From contig JAUIDC010000001.1 of assembly GCA_030429145.1 (NCBI GenBank), positions 720,001-752,000 on the forward strand: 32,000 nt of DNA, given 5' to 3'. The DNA is from Candidatus Saccharimonadota bacterium (GTDB taxonomy: Bacteria > Patescibacteriota > Gracilibacteria > Absconditabacterales > Absconditicoccaceae). The notes beneath the pieces are model-generated. The model saw nothing but the letters and a program-made list of their open reading frames with translations. It was not told the DNA's origin and ran no database searches. Shown here piece by piece: positions 31,751 to 32,000 of this stretch. The translations under genes were made by a program, and so were the position numbers. Every line of letters begins with the position of its first letter. Position 1 is the first letter of the stretch.

Positions 31751-32000
31751 TTATTGTATAAGTCAACTTCCGAGGAGTTCGTCTCACTGGTAGAGTGCTA
31801 CGATTTGGCCTGAAGCTACCGCTCTTTGCGGCTGAGAAAATTCGATTTTCATGAGATGATTGTCAGTTGCACTGATGGTGCAATCTTGGTCAGGCTGACG
31901 GTAGCGTATCTTTGCTGCTGCCTGCAAGGGGAGAGGAGGAACTGGGCTGATCCGATGCCAGTCGGTGGCTATGAGGCTATTACGGTAGAGCTCTGCCTCG
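31751..32000 (-). CDS. mnmA: tRNA 2-thiouridine synthase MnmA, C-terminal end (gene continues beyond the window)
   Basis: KIRYRQPDQDCTI...MKIEFSQPQRAVASGQIVALYQ-[TGA]-DELLGS-[TGA]-LIQ* matches the remembered MnmA C-terminus (RYR...PGQ..V.Y.GD..LGGG.I). Confidence 0.75.

Noticed and set aside
1-32000. Massive pseudogenisation: nearly all genes appear fragmented by stop codons
   Set aside because: All interruptions are TGA, always in the same frame as the flanking pieces, and they sit on conserved Gly positions. This is recoding, not decay. Only murD remains truncated after recoding.
1-32000. Translation table 4 (TGA = Trp, Mycoplasma-type) as the explanation
   Set aside because: TGA falls on residues that must be Gly (P-loop GxxGxGK in gmk, GGH in MoxR, GGS in SEDS, DPG in RuvC). 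It also aligns with GGT or Ala in the pilin paralogue, not with Trp. TGG is used for Trp.

Overview
This window appears to come from a small, AT-rich, gene-dense bacterial genome that reads UGA as glycine (translation table 25). That code is used by Candidatus Gracilibacteria and Absconditabacteria/SR1 within the CPR/Patescibacteria. Under the standard code, nearly every recognisable gene in the ORF track is cut into same-frame pieces separated only by TGA. Reading TGA as Gly fuses them into about 35 tightly packed CDS, and all CDS coordinates below use that reading.

Housekeeping genes: gmk, secD, nrdR, nfo, ruvC, ftsW/rodA, an ftsQ-like gene, pheS, two pseudouridine synthases, a moxR-type ATPase, PSP1/RicT, the 3' end of mnmA, and three tRNAs (His-GUG, Arg-UCG, Arg-GCG).

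Cell-surface genes:
- two tandem type IV pilin paralogues;
- a 1174-aa polytopic membrane protein;
- a 721-aa secreted protein with eight 4-cysteine modules;
- a membrane-anchored polyacidic TPR protein.

Accessory-looking spots:
- an AT-rich orphan ORF bracketed by two tRNA-Arg genes;
- a HEPN-like/CBS fusion;
- a 5'-truncated murD next to a structured non-coding stretch and a 309-aa orphan gene.

No rRNA, CRISPR array or recognisable transposase was seen. All calls rest on hand translation and remembered family motifs, with no database search. Start codons and family names for the hypothetical proteins are tentative.
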